Origin: Candidatus Woesearchaeota archaeon
GTDB taxonomy: Archaea > Nanobdellota > Nanobdellia > Pacearchaeales > GW2011-AR1
Assembly: GCA_964365855.1 (NCBI GenBank)
Contig: CAYIRC010000001.1
Location: 1 to 50,737 of the forward strand
Direction of reading: 5' to 3'
Length of the DNA stretch: 50,737 nucleotides
Shown here: one piece after another, positions 33,750 to 43,915 of the stretch
Numbering within the stretch: position 1 is the stretch's first letter
Layout of the letters: each line of letters starts with the position of its first letter
Notes under the pieces: model-generated
What the model saw: only the letters and a program-made list of their open reading frames with translations
Told to the model about the DNA's origin: nothing
Databases searched by the model: none
Made by a program: the position numbers and the translations under genes

Positions 33750-35279
33750 ATGACTAATATAGAACCCCGAGAGTATCAAAAAGCAATTTTCGAAACAGCT
33801 AAAGATAACAATACTTTAGTTGTCTTGCCAACAGGCCTAGGAAAAACTCTCATTGCTTTAATGCTCACAATAGAAAAATTAAAAAAATTTCCTGGAAAAA
33901 AAGCTCTTATTCTTGCTCCAACTCGCCCGCTTGTAGAGCAGCATTTTGAATCATTTAGAAAACAGCTTCCAGAACTTTTTGCAGACCTTCAGATTTTTAC
34001 AGGCGAAGTTCATGCAGAAAAAAGAAAAAAGATATTTCAGACAGCAGATATAATCTTTTCAACGCCTCAATGTATTGCCAATGACCTAAATAACCTGCTT
34101 TATGATTTAAATGAAGTCGTGCTTCTTGTAATTGATGAAGCTCATCGTTGTCTAAAAAATTATGATTATACAAAAGTCGTAGAGCATTATAAAAACCAGG
34201 CAAAAAATCAGAGAATTCTCGGCTTAACCGCTTCGCCCGGAGTAGACATAGACAAAGTCAAAGAAATCTGTAATCATCTTGATATAAATGAATTGGAAGT
34301 AAGAACTCGCGAGTCCCCTGATGTTAAGCCCTATTTGCAGGAAAGAGAGTTCCAGAAAATAGAAGTTCCATTTCCAAAAGAATTTATAGAAATCCGCGTG
34401 CTATTAAAAAAAATCTGGGATTCCCGCATTGAGCAGTTAAAAAACAGGAATCTCCTCTTCGGCCCGGCAAATAAAATAACTCTTTTAAAGCTTCAAAATT
34501 CACTTGCAGCAAGATGGAATAACAAAGATTTTAATGCAATGATTGGTATGTCATTAACAGCGCAGGCAATTAAAATTTCTCATGCAATAGAGCTTTTGGA
34601 AACCCAAACTCTTTCAGGTTTAAATGAATATTTAAATAAGCTAATCGAACAGTCAGCTCAAAAAAAGAGCAAGGCAGTACAAAATCTTGTAAAAATGCCT
34701 GAATTTAATGCTGCGCGTATTTCTTTAGAAGAATTATTAGCAAAAAAAATAGAACATCCAAAAATTGAAGAGCTCGCAGTTATTGTTAAAAATGAATTCA
34801 AAGAAAAGGAAAACGCAAAAATAATTGTATTTGCCCAATTTAGAGAAACAGCGCAGGCAATAGCAAAAAGATTAAATCAAATTCCAAAAATTAAAGCTTC
34901 AATCTTTATAGGGCAAGCAAAAAAAGCAAATTCAGGTTTATCTCAAAAAGAACAGAAAGAAGTAATCGAAAAATTCAAATCAGGAGAAATTAATGTTCTT
35001 TGTGCAACCTCAATCGGAGAAGAAGGTCTCGATATACCTGAAGTAAACGCAGTTGTCTTTTACGAGCCCATTCCTTCAGCAATAAGAAAAATTCAAAGAG
35101 CAGGAAGAACAGCAAGGCTTTCTCCCGGCAAGCTTATTATACTTGTTACAAAAGACACGCGTGATGAAATTCATCATTATGCCTCAAGTGCAAGAGAGAG
35201 GAAAATGTATAAAACAATAGAATTAGTCAAAAAAGAGTTGAAAAATAAACCTAAAACTCTTCAGGATTTTCAAAGATGA
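33750..35279 (+). CDS. hef: Hef/FANCM-type DEAH-box helicase (helicase part only)
   Basis: EPREYQKAIFETAKDNNTLVVLPTGLGKTLIA, VIDEAHR, GLTASPG, ATSIGEEGLDIPEVNAVVFYEP, QRAGRTAR. Close to the Pyrococcus Hef helicase blocks as I recall them. Confidence 0.8.
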   Translation: MTNIEPREYQKAIFETAKDNNTLVVLPTGLGKTLIALMLTIEKLKKFPGKKALILAPTRPLVEQHFESFRKQLPELFADLQIFTGEVHAEKRKKIFQTADIIFSTPQCIANDLNNLLYDLNEVVLLVIDEAHRCLKNYDYTKVVEHYKNQAKNQRILGLTASPGVDIDKVKEICNHLDINELEVRTRESPDVKPYLQEREFQKIEVPFPKEFIEIRVLLKKIWDSRIEQLKNRNLLFGPANKITLLKLQNSLAARWNNKDFNAMIGMSLTAQAIKISHAIELLETQTLSGLNEYLNKLIEQSAQKKSKAVQNLVKMPEFNAARISLEELLAKKIEHPKIEELAVIVKNEFKEKENAKIIVFAQFRETAQAIAKRLNQIPKIKASIFIGQAKKANSGLSQKEQKEVIEKFKSGEINVLCATSIGEEGLDIPEVNAVVFYEPIPSAIRKIQRAGRTARLSPGKLIILVTKDTRDEIHHYASSARERKMYKTIELVKKELKNKPKTLQDFQR

Positions 35280-35401
35280 AACTTATTAAATTCGTGCCAG
35301 CAGGAAGTGAAGACTACAAGCAACAGATAAAATTTATCAATCAAGGAGCTTATGCTGTCTCTGTGTTTAAAGTTAAAAAATTAAAAGAAATGATAAAATG
35401 A
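35276..35401 (+). CDS. 41-aa ORF bridging the Hef helicase and nuclease genes (not in the supplied track)
   Basis: MKLIKFVPAGSEDYKQQIKFINQGAYAVSVFKVKKLKEMIK-stop. Its ATG overlaps the helicase TGA (ATGA at 35276..35279), and its TGA overlaps the nuclease ATG (ATGA at 35398..35401). Confidence 0.45.
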   Translation: MKLIKFVPAGSEDYKQQIKFINQGAYAVSVFKVKKLKEMIK

Positions 35402-36060
35402 CCTTCTTTAATATCTTCTCAAAAAAACCAGAAAAAAAGCAGAATAAAGTGAAAATAGTCGTGGATAATCATGAAAAAAACTCCCTTGTTGCCTCATATC
35501 TTGCATCTTTAGGCTTTAATATAGAATTTCAGAATCTTCCTGTTGCAGATTATCTAATAAATGAAATTGCAATTGAAAGAAAAACGATTTCAGATTTTAA
35601 ATCCTCAATAATAAACAAGAGAATAATGCATCAGCTCATAGAACTAAAGCAATATCCAAAATATTTTCTGATTCTGGAAGGTTTTGAAAACGAAGATATT
35701 TATTCAGGAATAATTCATGAAAATGCGTTTCGGGGATTTCTTCTGTCAATAGCTCTTGAATACCAGATTCCGATAATTTTCACAAAAAACGAAAAAGATA
35801 CAGCAAAATATATTGAGGTTCTTGCAAAAAAATCGAAAGATAAATCATTTTCAATAAGGCCTAAAAAAATAATAAGAAATAAAGATGAGCGGGTTCAATT
35901 TATCCTGGAAGGATTTCCAAATATTGGCCCAAAAACAGCCAAAAAGCTCATCGACAAATTTGGTTCAATTAAAAATATAATAAATGCCCCAGCAGGAGAA
36001 TTGAAAGAAATCCTTGGCAAGCGCACCCAAGACTTTGCAAAGCTTATTGATGAAGTTTAA
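35398..36060 (+). CDS. ERCC4/XPF-Hef-type nuclease domain with C-terminal HhH2
   Basis: VVDNHEKNS, VADYLINEIAIERKTISDFKSSI (ERK motif), FPNIGPKTAKKLIDKFGSIKNI (HhH). Confidence 0.8.
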   Translation: MTFFNIFSKKPEKKQNKVKIVVDNHEKNSLVASYLASLGFNIEFQNLPVADYLINEIAIERKTISDFKSSIINKRIMHQLIELKQYPKYFLILEGFENEDIYSGIIHENAFRGFLLSIALEYQIPIIFTKNEKDTAKYIEVLAKKSKDKSFSIRPKKIIRNKDERVQFILEGFPNIGPKTAKKLIDKFGSIKNIINAPAGELKEILGKRTQDFAKLIDEV

Positions 36061-36427
36061 GTTTCTGCAAACCTCTTCTTCTCATTCCAAAATATTCATC
36101 AAGGTTAATCTCATAATAAAATTCAAAGCTTGTGCTATAAGCTCTTCCAATTACTTGCTTCTCTCGATGAGAATCATAAAATCTATCAGGCTTGGTATTG
36201 TTTGTTGCAGCCCATATAACTTTCATACCTCTCAATTCAAAGGCAATAGTTGTTTCTGCAAGATGTGAATAGCCTTTAAGTCTGACACCAGACCAGTCAT
36301 TCTCTTCAACAATATTCGTTGCTGTGTCTATAAGATCACTTATTACGCCTGAACCAAGAGTAAATTCCAATTTTTCAACAGCATCTCGCCTTAATTTAGG
36401 ATGCTTATTTATTTGTTCAACTTCCAT
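36044..36427 (-). CDS. hypothetical protein, 127 aa
   Basis: Clean ORF. Convergent 17-nt overlap with the nuclease gene. No family recognised. Confidence 0.5.
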   Translation of the reverse strand: MEVEQINKHPKLRRDAVEKLEFTLGSGVISDLIDTATNIVEENDWSGVRLKGYSHLAETTIAFELRGMKVIWAATNNTKPDRFYDSHREKQVIGRAYSTSFEFYYEINLDEYFGMRRRGLQKLKLHQ

Positions 36428-36507
36428 TAAAAAAAGAAATTAATTCACAGGTTTAAAAATAAATAGGTTATAGAAAATAAAAATTGGGAAGCAATAATTA
36501 TTTAAAT

Positions 36508-37092
36508 CTAGATTAGCTTTTTTATCTGTGTTTCATCCCAATTATTCAGATTATATTCTTTAATATTTGAATAAACAGGCCAAAGGGGATTTAATTCAGA
36601 TAGCTTCAGCTGAAACTTCTTGATTTTAAAGCCGATTTTTCTAACACTAATGCTCTCAATCATTTTTTTAAAATTTTTAATATCTTTCACATATTTAACC
36701 CTTCCAACAGTGATATGAGACATAAATCTTTCCTCAGGCTTAAAAAATCCTTTCAATAAATCATCAATCTTCTTTTGCAGTTCAAATAACTCTTTTCCAT
36801 TTAGTTTTATCCACACAATACATGAATTCTTGCGGCAAAAAGTTCCTATGCCTCCAAGCTTCGCAGTTATCTCATTTATTTTAATTTCCTCAAGTTTTTT
36901 TTGCACTTTTTCAGCCATTTCAAAGTCAATCTCGCCTAAAAATTTTAAGGTTAAATGAATATTCTCTAGCTCAGTCAATTTGCCTGTAAATTTTTGCTTT
37001 GAAATAAGCTTCTGGACACGTGCAACTTCTTTTATAACTTCATCTGAAAATTGAATTGCAATAAACATTCTAAAAAGCTTTTTGCCCTCCAT
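36508..37092 (-). CDS. thpR: RNA 2',3'-cyclic phosphodiesterase (2H phosphoesterase, LigT/ThpR)
   Basis: Two HxTx motifs: NIHLTLKFLG and SHITVGRV. Confidence 0.8.
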   Translation of the reverse strand: MEGKKLFRMFIAIQFSDEVIKEVARVQKLISKQKFTGKLTELENIHLTLKFLGEIDFEMAEKVQKKLEEIKINEITAKLGGIGTFCRKNSCIVWIKLNGKELFELQKKIDDLLKGFFKPEERFMSHITVGRVKYVKDIKNFKKMIESISVRKIGFKIKKFQLKLSELNPLWPVYSNIKEYNLNNWDETQIKKLI

Positions 37093-38283
37093 TTATTTAG
37101 GAATTATTACAGCAGAGCTGTATCTTTTTATTTTAGCTAAAGTCTTAACCTGTTGCAATGTAACTTTTCGAATATTTTTTTCATGTTTATAATAATCTCT
37201 GGCATCATTGGCAATTTCAGAGAAAAGAAGCTCATTCATTACATTCGAGCTTTCTTCGGCAGAGATTTTACTTAGCCCAATTAATCTTTCTTTAGCCTCT
37301 TCAAGGTCTTTTTTAGTCATATTGGCAATATTTTTGAATTCATCTAAAATTATTTTTTTAACTTCATCTAAGGCCTGAGCAGTTGTTCCAATATAAATGC
37401 TGTAATAAGAATAACTTTTTTCACAGGTTATACTGCTTCTTATTGAATAAGCTAATCCTTTTTCTTCTCTTATTTTTAAAAATAAACGTGAAGACATGCC
37501 ATTGGCAAGATAAGCATCTAAAACTTCTAACGCATCGGAATTTGGGTCATTGGCTAAAGGAGCATGAATTGCAAAAATAAAATGTGCCTGGTCTATTCCT
37601 GCCCTTTTTTCACTTGTTTCAGAGTTCTTCTTCTTAATAAAAATAGGCTTAATAAAATCTTTTCGAGGTTTAAAATTTTTCTCAAGATAACTGCAGACTT
37701 TGTCAAAATTCGCATTGCCCACAAGAGTTACAATATAACTCCTGGGATTATAGCTTCTCTTAAATAAGTTTGCTACAAAATTCCTTTTCATTGGAGAAAT
37801 TGTTTTTTCAGAGCCAGTAATGCTCTCGCCAAAAGGTTTTTTATAAAGATTTTCTTCAATCTTGTCATAAATATACTTCTCAGGTGAATCATGATACATT
37901 TTAATTTCCTCTAAGATAACCTTCTTTTCCTTTTCAAATTTAAGTTCGTCAAAAGTGGGATTATTCAAAAGGTCAGTAAGGATATCAAGTCCTGCAAAAA
38001 TATGTTTGCTCGGCAGCTTAAACCAAAAAGAAGTTATCTCATTTGCAGTAAATCCATTTAAAATTCCGCCCTTTTTTTCTATTTCTCTGGAAATATCTTC
38101 ATGGCTCCGAGTTTTAGTGCCTGTAAAAAGAAGATGTTCAATAAAATGTGCCGCACCCTTTATTTTAGATGTCTCATTGCCTGCTCCAAATTTATTGGTT
38201 ATGCTTAAGGAAATAACTGGAAGATACCTCTTTTCCATTAGCACAGTTGTCCCATTCTTTAATTTTCTTTTGAAGAATTTCAT
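37093..38283 (-). CDS. M16 (pitrilysin/insulinase) family zinc peptidase
   Basis: HxxEH motif in GAAHFIEHLLFTGT. ATG at 38283 (track start GTG 38289). Abuts the thpR start. Confidence 0.8.
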   Translation of the reverse strand: MKFFKRKLKNGTTVLMEKRYLPVISLSITNKFGAGNETSKIKGAAHFIEHLLFTGTKTRSHEDISREIEKKGGILNGFTANEITSFWFKLPSKHIFAGLDILTDLLNNPTFDELKFEKEKKVILEEIKMYHDSPEKYIYDKIEENLYKKPFGESITGSEKTISPMKRNFVANLFKRSYNPRSYIVTLVGNANFDKVCSYLEKNFKPRKDFIKPIFIKKKNSETSEKRAGIDQAHFIFAIHAPLANDPNSDALEVLDAYLANGMSSRLFLKIREEKGLAYSIRSSITCEKSYSYYSIYIGTTAQALDEVKKIILDEFKNIANMTKKDLEEAKERLIGLSKISAEESSNVMNELLFSEIANDARDYYKHEKNIRKVTLQQVKTLAKIKRYSSAVIIPK

Positions 38284-38313
38284 GAACACTAAAATTAAAA
38301 TTTATTAATAAAG

Positions 38314-38586
38314 TTATTGAATCTTGCTTTTCCAGAATTTTTCAGCCTGCTTTTCGAGCCTCTCAAGACGGTCATAATAGTCAGAAAGCTCATTTAAATG
38401 AGCTAAAGCAATTTTGCCGGTCATAATAGGGTTGTCATCTGTAATATTAGTTTTTTTTCTTATCTTGCCGTGTTCTAATTCAACATCAAGCCCCATTTTA
38501 AATTGTTTAATATCAAATTTATCCCATTTAATTCCTAATTTTTCTCCAATTATCTGCGCCTCTTTGGAGCTGAATTTTTTCTTCAT
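38314..38586 (-). CDS. small conserved protein with LDVELEHG motif (DUF5661-like from memory)
   Basis: MGLDVELEHG...TNITDDNPIMTGKIALAHLNELSDYY. The family name is recalled, not verified. Confidence 0.45.
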   Translation of the reverse strand: MKKKFSSKEAQIIGEKLGIKWDKFDIKQFKMGLDVELEHGKIRKKTNITDDNPIMTGKIALAHLNELSDYYDRLERLEKQAEKFWKSKIQ

Positions 38587-38637
38587 AGTAAAAGTAAATT
38601 ATAAAGATATTTATACTTTTCCAATTAAAATATTACT

Positions 38638-39540
38638 ATGCCTATAAACGCAGATTATCAGTATTTCGAAGCAGAAAAAAGATACCTCCAGGCTAAAACA
38701 ATCGAAGAAAAAATTGCTTGTTTGGAAGAAATGTTGAGAAAAGCACCAGCCCACAAGGGGTCTGAGAATCTTAGAGCCGAGCTCAAAACTCGCTTGAAAA
38801 GATTTAAAGAAAAGCTTGAAAAAAGCAAGAAATCAGGAGGTGCAAAAAAAGGCATTAGAAAGGAAGGATTTCAGTGCATCTTGGTTGGCTTGCCAAATTC
38901 AGGAAAAAGCTCATTGTTATCAAAGATTACAAACGCCAAGCCAAAAATAGGCGCTTATCCCTTCACAACCCAAATACCAGAAATAGGAACACTGGACTAT
39001 CAGGGAGTTAAAGCCCAGATTATAGATTTGCCAAGTATTGGTTCTGAAAATTTTGACATAGGAATTGTAAATACAGCAGACTGTATTATAGAAGTTATTG
39101 AATCCCTAGAAGATATTCCTAAAATAGAAAGTTACATAAAAAGAGCAAATAATAAAATTATTGTTATCAATAAATCAGATTTAATGTCAGATGAACAAAA
39201 AAGAAAGCTCGAAGCAACAATAAAGAGTAAAAAATTAAATGGGATTCTTGTTTCCTGCACCACCGGAGAAAATTTAGAAGAATTAAAAGAAAGAATTTTC
39301 AAAAGTATGAAATGCATTAGAGTTTACACAAAAGAGCCAGGAAAGTTGCATTCTCCCATTCCAGTTATGCTTCCTCAAAATTCAACAGTCAAGGATGTTG
39401 CAGAATCAATTCTTAAGGGCTTCTCACAAAGAGTAAAAGAAACTCGCTTAACCGGGCCAAGCTCAAAATTTTCAAACCAGATTGTTGGACTCTCCCATGT
39501 CCTCAAAGACAAAGATATCGTAGAATTTCACACAATCTGA
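38638..39540 (+). CDS. DRG/Obg-like GTP-binding protein with C-terminal TGS domain
   Basis: G1 GLPNSGKS, G3 DLPSIG, G4 NKSD. DRG-type N-terminal helical region. TGS-like C-terminus ([16 protein letters not shown]...KDKDIVEF). Confidence 0.8.
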   Translation: MPINADYQYFEAEKRYLQAKTIEEKIACLEEMLRKAPAHKGSENLRAELKTRLKRFKEKLEKSKKSGGAKKGIRKEGFQCILVGLPNSGKSSLLSKITNAKPKIGAYPFTTQIPEIGTLDYQGVKAQIIDLPSIGSENFDIGIVNTADCIIEVIESLEDIPKIESYIKRANNKIIVINKSDLMSDEQKRKLEATIKSKKLNGILVSCTTGENLEELKERIFKSMKCIRVYTKEPGKLHSPIPVMLPQNSTVKDVAESILKGFSQRVKETRLTGPSSKFSNQIVGLSHVLKDKDIVEFHTI

Positions 39541-39589
39541 AGGTTTACCAACCGAAGATTGAAGAATCTTAGAGATTTGCACAAAATAA

Positions 39590-40666
39590 TTATCTCGTTA
39601 CTTCAAAGCTTTTTACTTTTTCATAAAGAGCTTTGGCTTTTTTATTGGTTTTAAAATGATTTCTCACAGGTTCTATAAGTTCATTAATATATTTAGCAAC
39701 ACAATTCTTCAAATCTAAAGGATGTACTTCCTTCTTCACAAATTTATCCCTCAATTCTTCATAGTTTTTAATAACAAGATTGCCACCAAATTTTTCAGGT
39801 CTTTCAATTGTAATTTCTTTGAATTTTTCAAAAATAATATATTTGGTATATTCAAGAACAGGATTATCTTCTTCCTTTCCTTCAGGGCAATAAGCATTTT
39901 TAAATTTCCTGAAAATGTCTTCCTTTGAATCTGTCATAAAAATAGCTGTCTCTGGCTTAGACTTAGACATTTTTAGAGCAATTTTCCTATCAACCCCTTC
40001 AGCATCTGTCTCTCTAAATTGCAATCCAAGCAGCATATGATTATGTACTGCAACAGGAGGCTTATAACCTAGTTTTGGAAAAAGTTCTCTTGCAAGCACA
40101 TTAACTTTTCTTTGGTCCAAACCTAATTGTGCAATATCAACATTAAGATGAATCATATCTGATGCCTGCATTAAAGGATATAGTATTTGAGAACTTGGAT
40201 TGCTTGTATTTTCTTCTCTGCCCATAATTTGCCCGCATCTCAAAACTCTTTGTACAGTTGAATTCATGGATAATTTCAATACACTTTCCCAATATTCCGG
40301 GTGCGATTTAATAAAATCCGATGCCCAAACAAATTCAACTTTATCACAATCCATGCCGCATGCTTTCCAAACTTCAATAAAATATTCTCCAACAGTTTTG
40401 ATTTTATCTAAATCTCCTCCGAGTTTATTATTAATCATAGCAAACCAGTCAGCAACCCAAAATTTGAAAGTTATGCCAATTGAAGTTAGCTTGTTCACAT
40501 TTATCGCTTTCATTAATCCCTGTGCAATATGTAATTGTCCAGATGGCTCAAACCCATCATATGCAATAATCTTTTTCTTTGTTTTTAGTAGGTTAACTAG
40601 CTCTTCTTCAGTAAGAATCTCTTCTGCAAGGCTCTTGATAACATTAACTTTTTCATTAATATCCAT
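39590..40666 (-). CDS. tyrS: tyrosyl-tRNA synthetase (archaeal type)
   Basis: YDGFEPSGQLHIAQG (HIGH-type), KMSKSKP, NPVLEYTKYIIFE...ERPEKFGG...YEEL...HPLDLKN. Collinear with M. jannaschii TyrRS as recalled. Confidence 0.85.
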   Translation of the reverse strand: MDINEKVNVIKSLAEEILTEEELVNLLKTKKKIIAYDGFEPSGQLHIAQGLMKAINVNKLTSIGITFKFWVADWFAMINNKLGGDLDKIKTVGEYFIEVWKACGMDCDKVEFVWASDFIKSHPEYWESVLKLSMNSTVQRVLRCGQIMGREENTSNPSSQILYPLMQASDMIHLNVDIAQLGLDQRKVNVLARELFPKLGYKPPVAVHNHMLLGLQFRETDAEGVDRKIALKMSKSKPETAIFMTDSKEDIFRKFKNAYCPEGKEEDNPVLEYTKYIIFEKFKEITIERPEKFGGNLVIKNYEELRDKFVKKEVHPLDLKNCVAKYINELIEPVRNHFKTNKKAKALYEKVKSFEVTR

Positions 40667-40739
40667 AACTTCTTTTTAGGATAGCCTAATTTTAAATCTT
40701 GCTATAAAACTTTTTAAGCCTCTTAATTCTGTAATATTT

Positions 40740-41048
40740 ATGAAAAAAATAGCTTTTTCTATAACTATTATAGGCATATTTATTTTATTAGTTTTATTAA
40801 ATCATAGCAAGCCAATTATAAATCCATCAAATTTAACTGATTTACAGCCAAATCAAAAAGTTAGTGTAACTGGGGAGGTCTTAGAAGAAAAATATACAAA
40901 ATCCTCAAAAATTCTTTTAATAAATAATAAAGAAATCGTCTGTGACCTTTCCTGCCCTAAATATCTCAACAAAAATATTTCAGTCTTAGGCTTAATTGAC
41001 CTATACAATAGTAAAAAGCAGATTATAGCATTACGCATTAAAAACTAA
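40740..41048 (+). CDS. membrane-anchored small protein, possible OB-fold
   Basis: N-terminal TM, then QKVSVTGEVLEEKY...ISVLGLIDLYNSKKQI pattern. Weak call. Confidence 0.4.
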   Translation: MKKIAFSITIIGIFILLVLLNHSKPIINPSNLTDLQPNQKVSVTGEVLEEKYTKSSKILLINNKEIVCDLSCPKYLNKNISVLGLIDLYNSKKQIIALRIKN

Positions 41049-41071
41049 ACTAATTAAATTACTTGTAAAAA

Positions 41072-41695
41072 TCACAAAAAAGTTTGCTGAATTATTTGAG
41101 GTATCTCTGAAGGTGTGCGTGCAAATCCATAATCATTTACAGGTTTGAAATGTTTCCATCCCCATCCAACACCTCTAAAATGTATGCCTGCTTTCCCTGC
41201 AGCTCGTTCATCCCAAATAGTATCTCCAAATAAACAATGCTTGTGTTTAGGCAGGCCAAATTTATCGATTATTAACTGAAGCCCATCAGATTTCCTGCCT
41301 GCATTCTCTCTTGTTACAACATAATCAAACAAAGGAAGAACTTTTCTTCCAGTTCTCTCAACAAATTCTCTTCGGTTAGAGGAAATAAGGGCTAAATATA
41401 ACACCAAAGACTTACTCGCTTCAAGGGCTTCTTCCATGCCCGAAACAAGTGGATACGAACCATTAGAATAACTGCCCCCATGCCATATAGTTTGAACAGT
41501 TTCAATTAAATGCTCCGAAACTCTTCCAATCCCTCCCTTAAGTAAATGCAAAATTGCACTAACTGCATACTCTCCAATAATTTGCTTGCCTGGTTCTAGT
41601 TTAAATCCTTGGCAAAAAAGAACATCTGCAGGTTTTGATTCAACAATTGTTCCATCTAAGTCAATTATGACCACCACAGGTATTTTCTCAGCCAT
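41072..41695 (-). CDS. HAD-superfamily hydrolase
   Basis: Motif I VVIIDLDGTIVES. Later LISSN and GDTIWDERAAGKAG. ATG at 41695 (track start GTG 41698). Confidence 0.7.
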   Translation of the reverse strand: MAEKIPVVVIIDLDGTIVESKPADVLFCQGFKLEPGKQIIGEYAVSAILHLLKGGIGRVSEHLIETVQTIWHGGSYSNGSYPLVSGMEEALEASKSLVLYLALISSNRREFVERTGRKVLPLFDYVVTRENAGRKSDGLQLIIDKFGLPKHKHCLFGDTIWDERAAGKAGIHFRGVGWGWKHFKPVNDYGFARTPSEIPQIIQQTFL

Positions 41696-41829
41696 CACCG
41701 GAAAACATCAGGTCAATTTTTAAAATTATCGCAGGCTTTAACACAGTCCAAAAAGCATAAAGTATCTGAAAAATGTCCGATAAATAATACTAAAAGAAAT
41801 CTATATATTGCTTAAAGCTTGGTTAAATT

Positions 41830-43031
41830 ATGCTAATAGAGCTAATTCTTGCGTTATTCCTTGGAATACTTGCTGGCACATTCACCGGACTTGCTCCAGG
41901 CATCCATATAAATCTTATCTCTACAATTCTAGTTCTAAATCTTGCTAGCTTTAATTCAAAATTATCTCTCCCTCTGGCGATTTTTATTGTTGCAATGTCT
42001 ATCACCCATACCTTCCTGGATTTCATCCCTTCAATTTATCTTGGGGCTCCAGAAGAGGATAATTTTCTCGCAGTTTTGCCCGGACACAGACTGCTAAAAG
42101 AAGGACGAGGTCACGAAGCAGTAGTCTTCACTCTTTATGGGTCATTAATTGCTCTCCCATTAATCATAATAATAACACCTGTTTTTATTTATGCGCTTCC
42201 TCCATTATTTAGTTTAATAAAAACAATTATACCATTTATCTTAATTTTCGTTTCATTATACCTGATTTTCAGAGAAGAAAAAATTATAAATTCAGTCATT
42301 GTTTTTATTCTAGCAGGATTTTAGGATATGCTGCTTTTAATCTGCCAGTCAAAGAGCCCCTTCTTCCGTTATTAACAGGTTTATTCGGAACATCTGCTTT
42401 AATTATAAGTCTCAAAGATAAAGTGATTTTGCAGAAACAAAAAGTAAAATCAATTAAAGAAATAAAGATTCCAAAGGTACAGTTTATTAAGTCAGTTTCA
42501 GCTGCAGCAGTTTCAGCTCCATTTTGTTCTTTTCTTCCAGGTATCGGCTCAGGTCATGCAGCAGTAATCGGTTCAGAAATAACAGAACAGAATAGCGCGG
42601 GTTTTCTATTCTTAATCGGAATAATTAATACAGTTGTAATGGGATTAAGCTATGTTACTGCCTATTCTATAAATAAAACAAGAACCGGGACCTCTGCAGC
42701 AGTGCAGGAAATCTTAAAGAATATTTCATTTAGCAATTTACTAATCATTCTTTCAGCAGTTATTATTTCAGGGATTATGGCTTTTATAATCGGAATAAAA
42801 ATTTCAAAAGTTTTTGCTATTTATCTTAACAAAATTAATTATCAAAAATTGAGCCTAATTACTCTACTTGTTTTATTTCTAGTAAACTTGATTTTTTCAA
42901 ATCTCTTAGGTTTGGGAGTTCTTATAATAGCTAATTCTTTAGGAATTTTTGCTATCTCATCAAACTCAAGAAGAATAAACTTAATGGGCTGCTTGCTGAT
43001 TCCTTCTATTATGTATTATCTTCTTCAATAA
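41830..43031 (+). pseudogene. TctA/DUF112-like polytopic membrane protein, interrupted by a frameshift at a T-run
   Basis: Track ORFs 41830..42324 and 42423..43031. The second frame is open back to about 42310 and reads ILGYAAFNLPVKEPLLPLLTGLFGTSALI. One extra T in the run 42319..42322 would join the two frames. Both halves carry the GxxPGI motif (GLAPGIHINL and FLPGIGSGHAAV). Confidence 0.6.
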
Positions 43032-43065
43032 AAAGCTTTAAATAAAAAAATATCTCGATACTTAA

Positions 43066-43914
43066 ATGAAAAAGCCAGTGGTAGGATTTCTTTATGACGG
43101 GAATATCGATAAAGAGACAAAAATATTTATTAAGCTTGCAAAAAAAAAGAACATCAATCTCATTTTATTCAACATCTTCAAAAAAATAGATTGGGAGTCA
43201 TTCAATAAAAAGATTAAGCAGTGTAGCTTAATCTATAATAACACTGGAGAACCATTTGTAATAGAAGTTCTTAAAACAATAGAAGAGCTTGGTAAAACCG
43301 TAATTGACAAGTCTTCATTATATTACGACACTGAAGATAAATGGATGTTCTATATTAAATGCAAAAAGCATAATATCCCTACATTATCCACTATTCTTTT
43401 GTCAGAAAATATTAATATTGCACAAAAAGAATTAAAAGAATGGAGAAAATGGCCTATTGTTCTGAAACGAATAAATGGGACTATGGGAGAATATGTAGAT
43501 AAAGCAGATAACATTAAACAAGCAGTAAAAATAATAAACAGATTCTGGAAAAAAAGTTCTGAAAAGCTTCCGATAATAGCTCAAGAATTTGTATCTTCTC
43601 CCTCATATCGTGCAACAATTATAGATAAAAAAGTAGTTCAAACAGCAATTAAAAAAGGCAGGAGCTGGAAAGCGACAGGTGTATATGAAAAGGATTTTGA
43701 GAAATTTACTATAGACTCCGAGCTAGAAAAAATATTAAAAAAAATAACACAAGTTATGAAAATAAATATTTGCGGTGTTGATTTATTGAAAAAAGATGGC
43801 AAATGGCTTGTCTTAGAAGTAAACTGTGAGCCAGGTTTTGATTTTTTCAAAGAAGACCAAGAGAGGCTTGTTGGCTTGACCTTAAATTATTTAAAAAAAG
43901 AGTGTAAAAAATAA
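43066..43914 (+). CDS. ATP-grasp protein (RimK-like ligase family)
   Basis: WPIVLKRINGTMGEYV, IAQEFV, ICGVDLLKKDGKWLVLEVNCEPGF. Confidence 0.65.
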   Translation: MKKPVVGFLYDGNIDKETKIFIKLAKKKNINLILFNIFKKIDWESFNKKIKQCSLIYNNTGEPFVIEVLKTIEELGKTVIDKSSLYYDTEDKWMFYIKCKKHNIPTLSTILLSENINIAQKELKEWRKWPIVLKRINGTMGEYVDKADNIKQAVKIINRFWKKSSEKLPIIAQEFVSSPSYRATIIDKKVVQTAIKKGRSWKATGVYEKDFEKFTIDSELEKILKKITQVMKINICGVDLLKKDGKWLVLEVNCEPGFDFFKEDQERLVGLTLNYLKKECKK

Positions 43915-43915
43915 G

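Noticed and set aside
36044-36427. RFYDSH in the 127-aa protein fits the HEPN Rx4H motif, so it might be a toxin.
   Set aside because: The sequence looks beta-rich rather than all-helical. No adjacent antitoxin or MNT gene is present, and a six-residue motif alone is weak evidence.
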